A DNA stretch of 64,000 nucleotides, from assembly GCA_963841415.1 (NCBI GenBank), contig CAWJCN010000001.1, positions 1,379,334 through 1,443,333 on the forward strand, given 5' to 3'. Within the stretch, counting starts at the first letter, position 1. The number at the start of each line of letters is the position of its first letter. This document shows positions 63,980 to 64,000 of the stretch, in pieces. Position numbers and translations under genes: made by a program. The DNA is from an uncultured Actinomycetes bacterium. GTDB lineage: Bacteria > Actinomycetota > Acidimicrobiia > IMCC26256 > DASPTH01. The notes below the pieces were generated by a model. The model saw only the letters and a list, made by a program, of their open reading frames with translations. It ran no database searches and was not told where the DNA came from.

Positions 63980-64000
63980 GGTCGCGGTCGCTCCTCTCTC

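Overview
This is a visibly very GC-rich, actinobacterial-type chromosomal segment, densely coding on both strands. I can support about 65 protein genes and 2 tRNAs (Val-GAC, Gly-GCC). There is no rRNA and no CRISPR array. Most listed ORFs are high-GC shadow frames, and real genes were picked by recognisable family motifs. The backbone is oxidoreductase and hydrolase metabolism: several SDRs, three amidohydrolases, a Baeyer-Villiger monooxygenase, an XDH-family molybdoenzyme, a GMC oxidase with a TAT partner, and an LLM/F420 enzyme. It also holds two ECF sigma modules, an Lhr helicase, dUTPase, a MoxR-DUF58-VWA-VWA operon, ABC components and a VapBC pair. The clearest accessory block is a complete glycopeptide-resistance cluster. 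vanS-vanR lie divergent from vanH-vanA-vanX (22969-27518), with direct-repeat boxes at 11-bp spacing in the 84-bp control region. A Fic-domain gene opens on the base after the vanX stop codon. I rate this my best candidate for something not previously described, but it remains a hypothesis. Further right lie a redox/electrophile-detoxification block, a truncated and frameshifted tyrosine-integrase remnant, and tRNA-Val (34109-34536), which look like a decayed integrative element. I could not find its left boundary. About ten genes are interrupted by frameshifts or an in-frame stop as assembled. The sequence alone cannot separate indel errors from real gene decay, and all functional calls inherit that caveat. 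All calls rest on reading motifs by eye; no database search was run.
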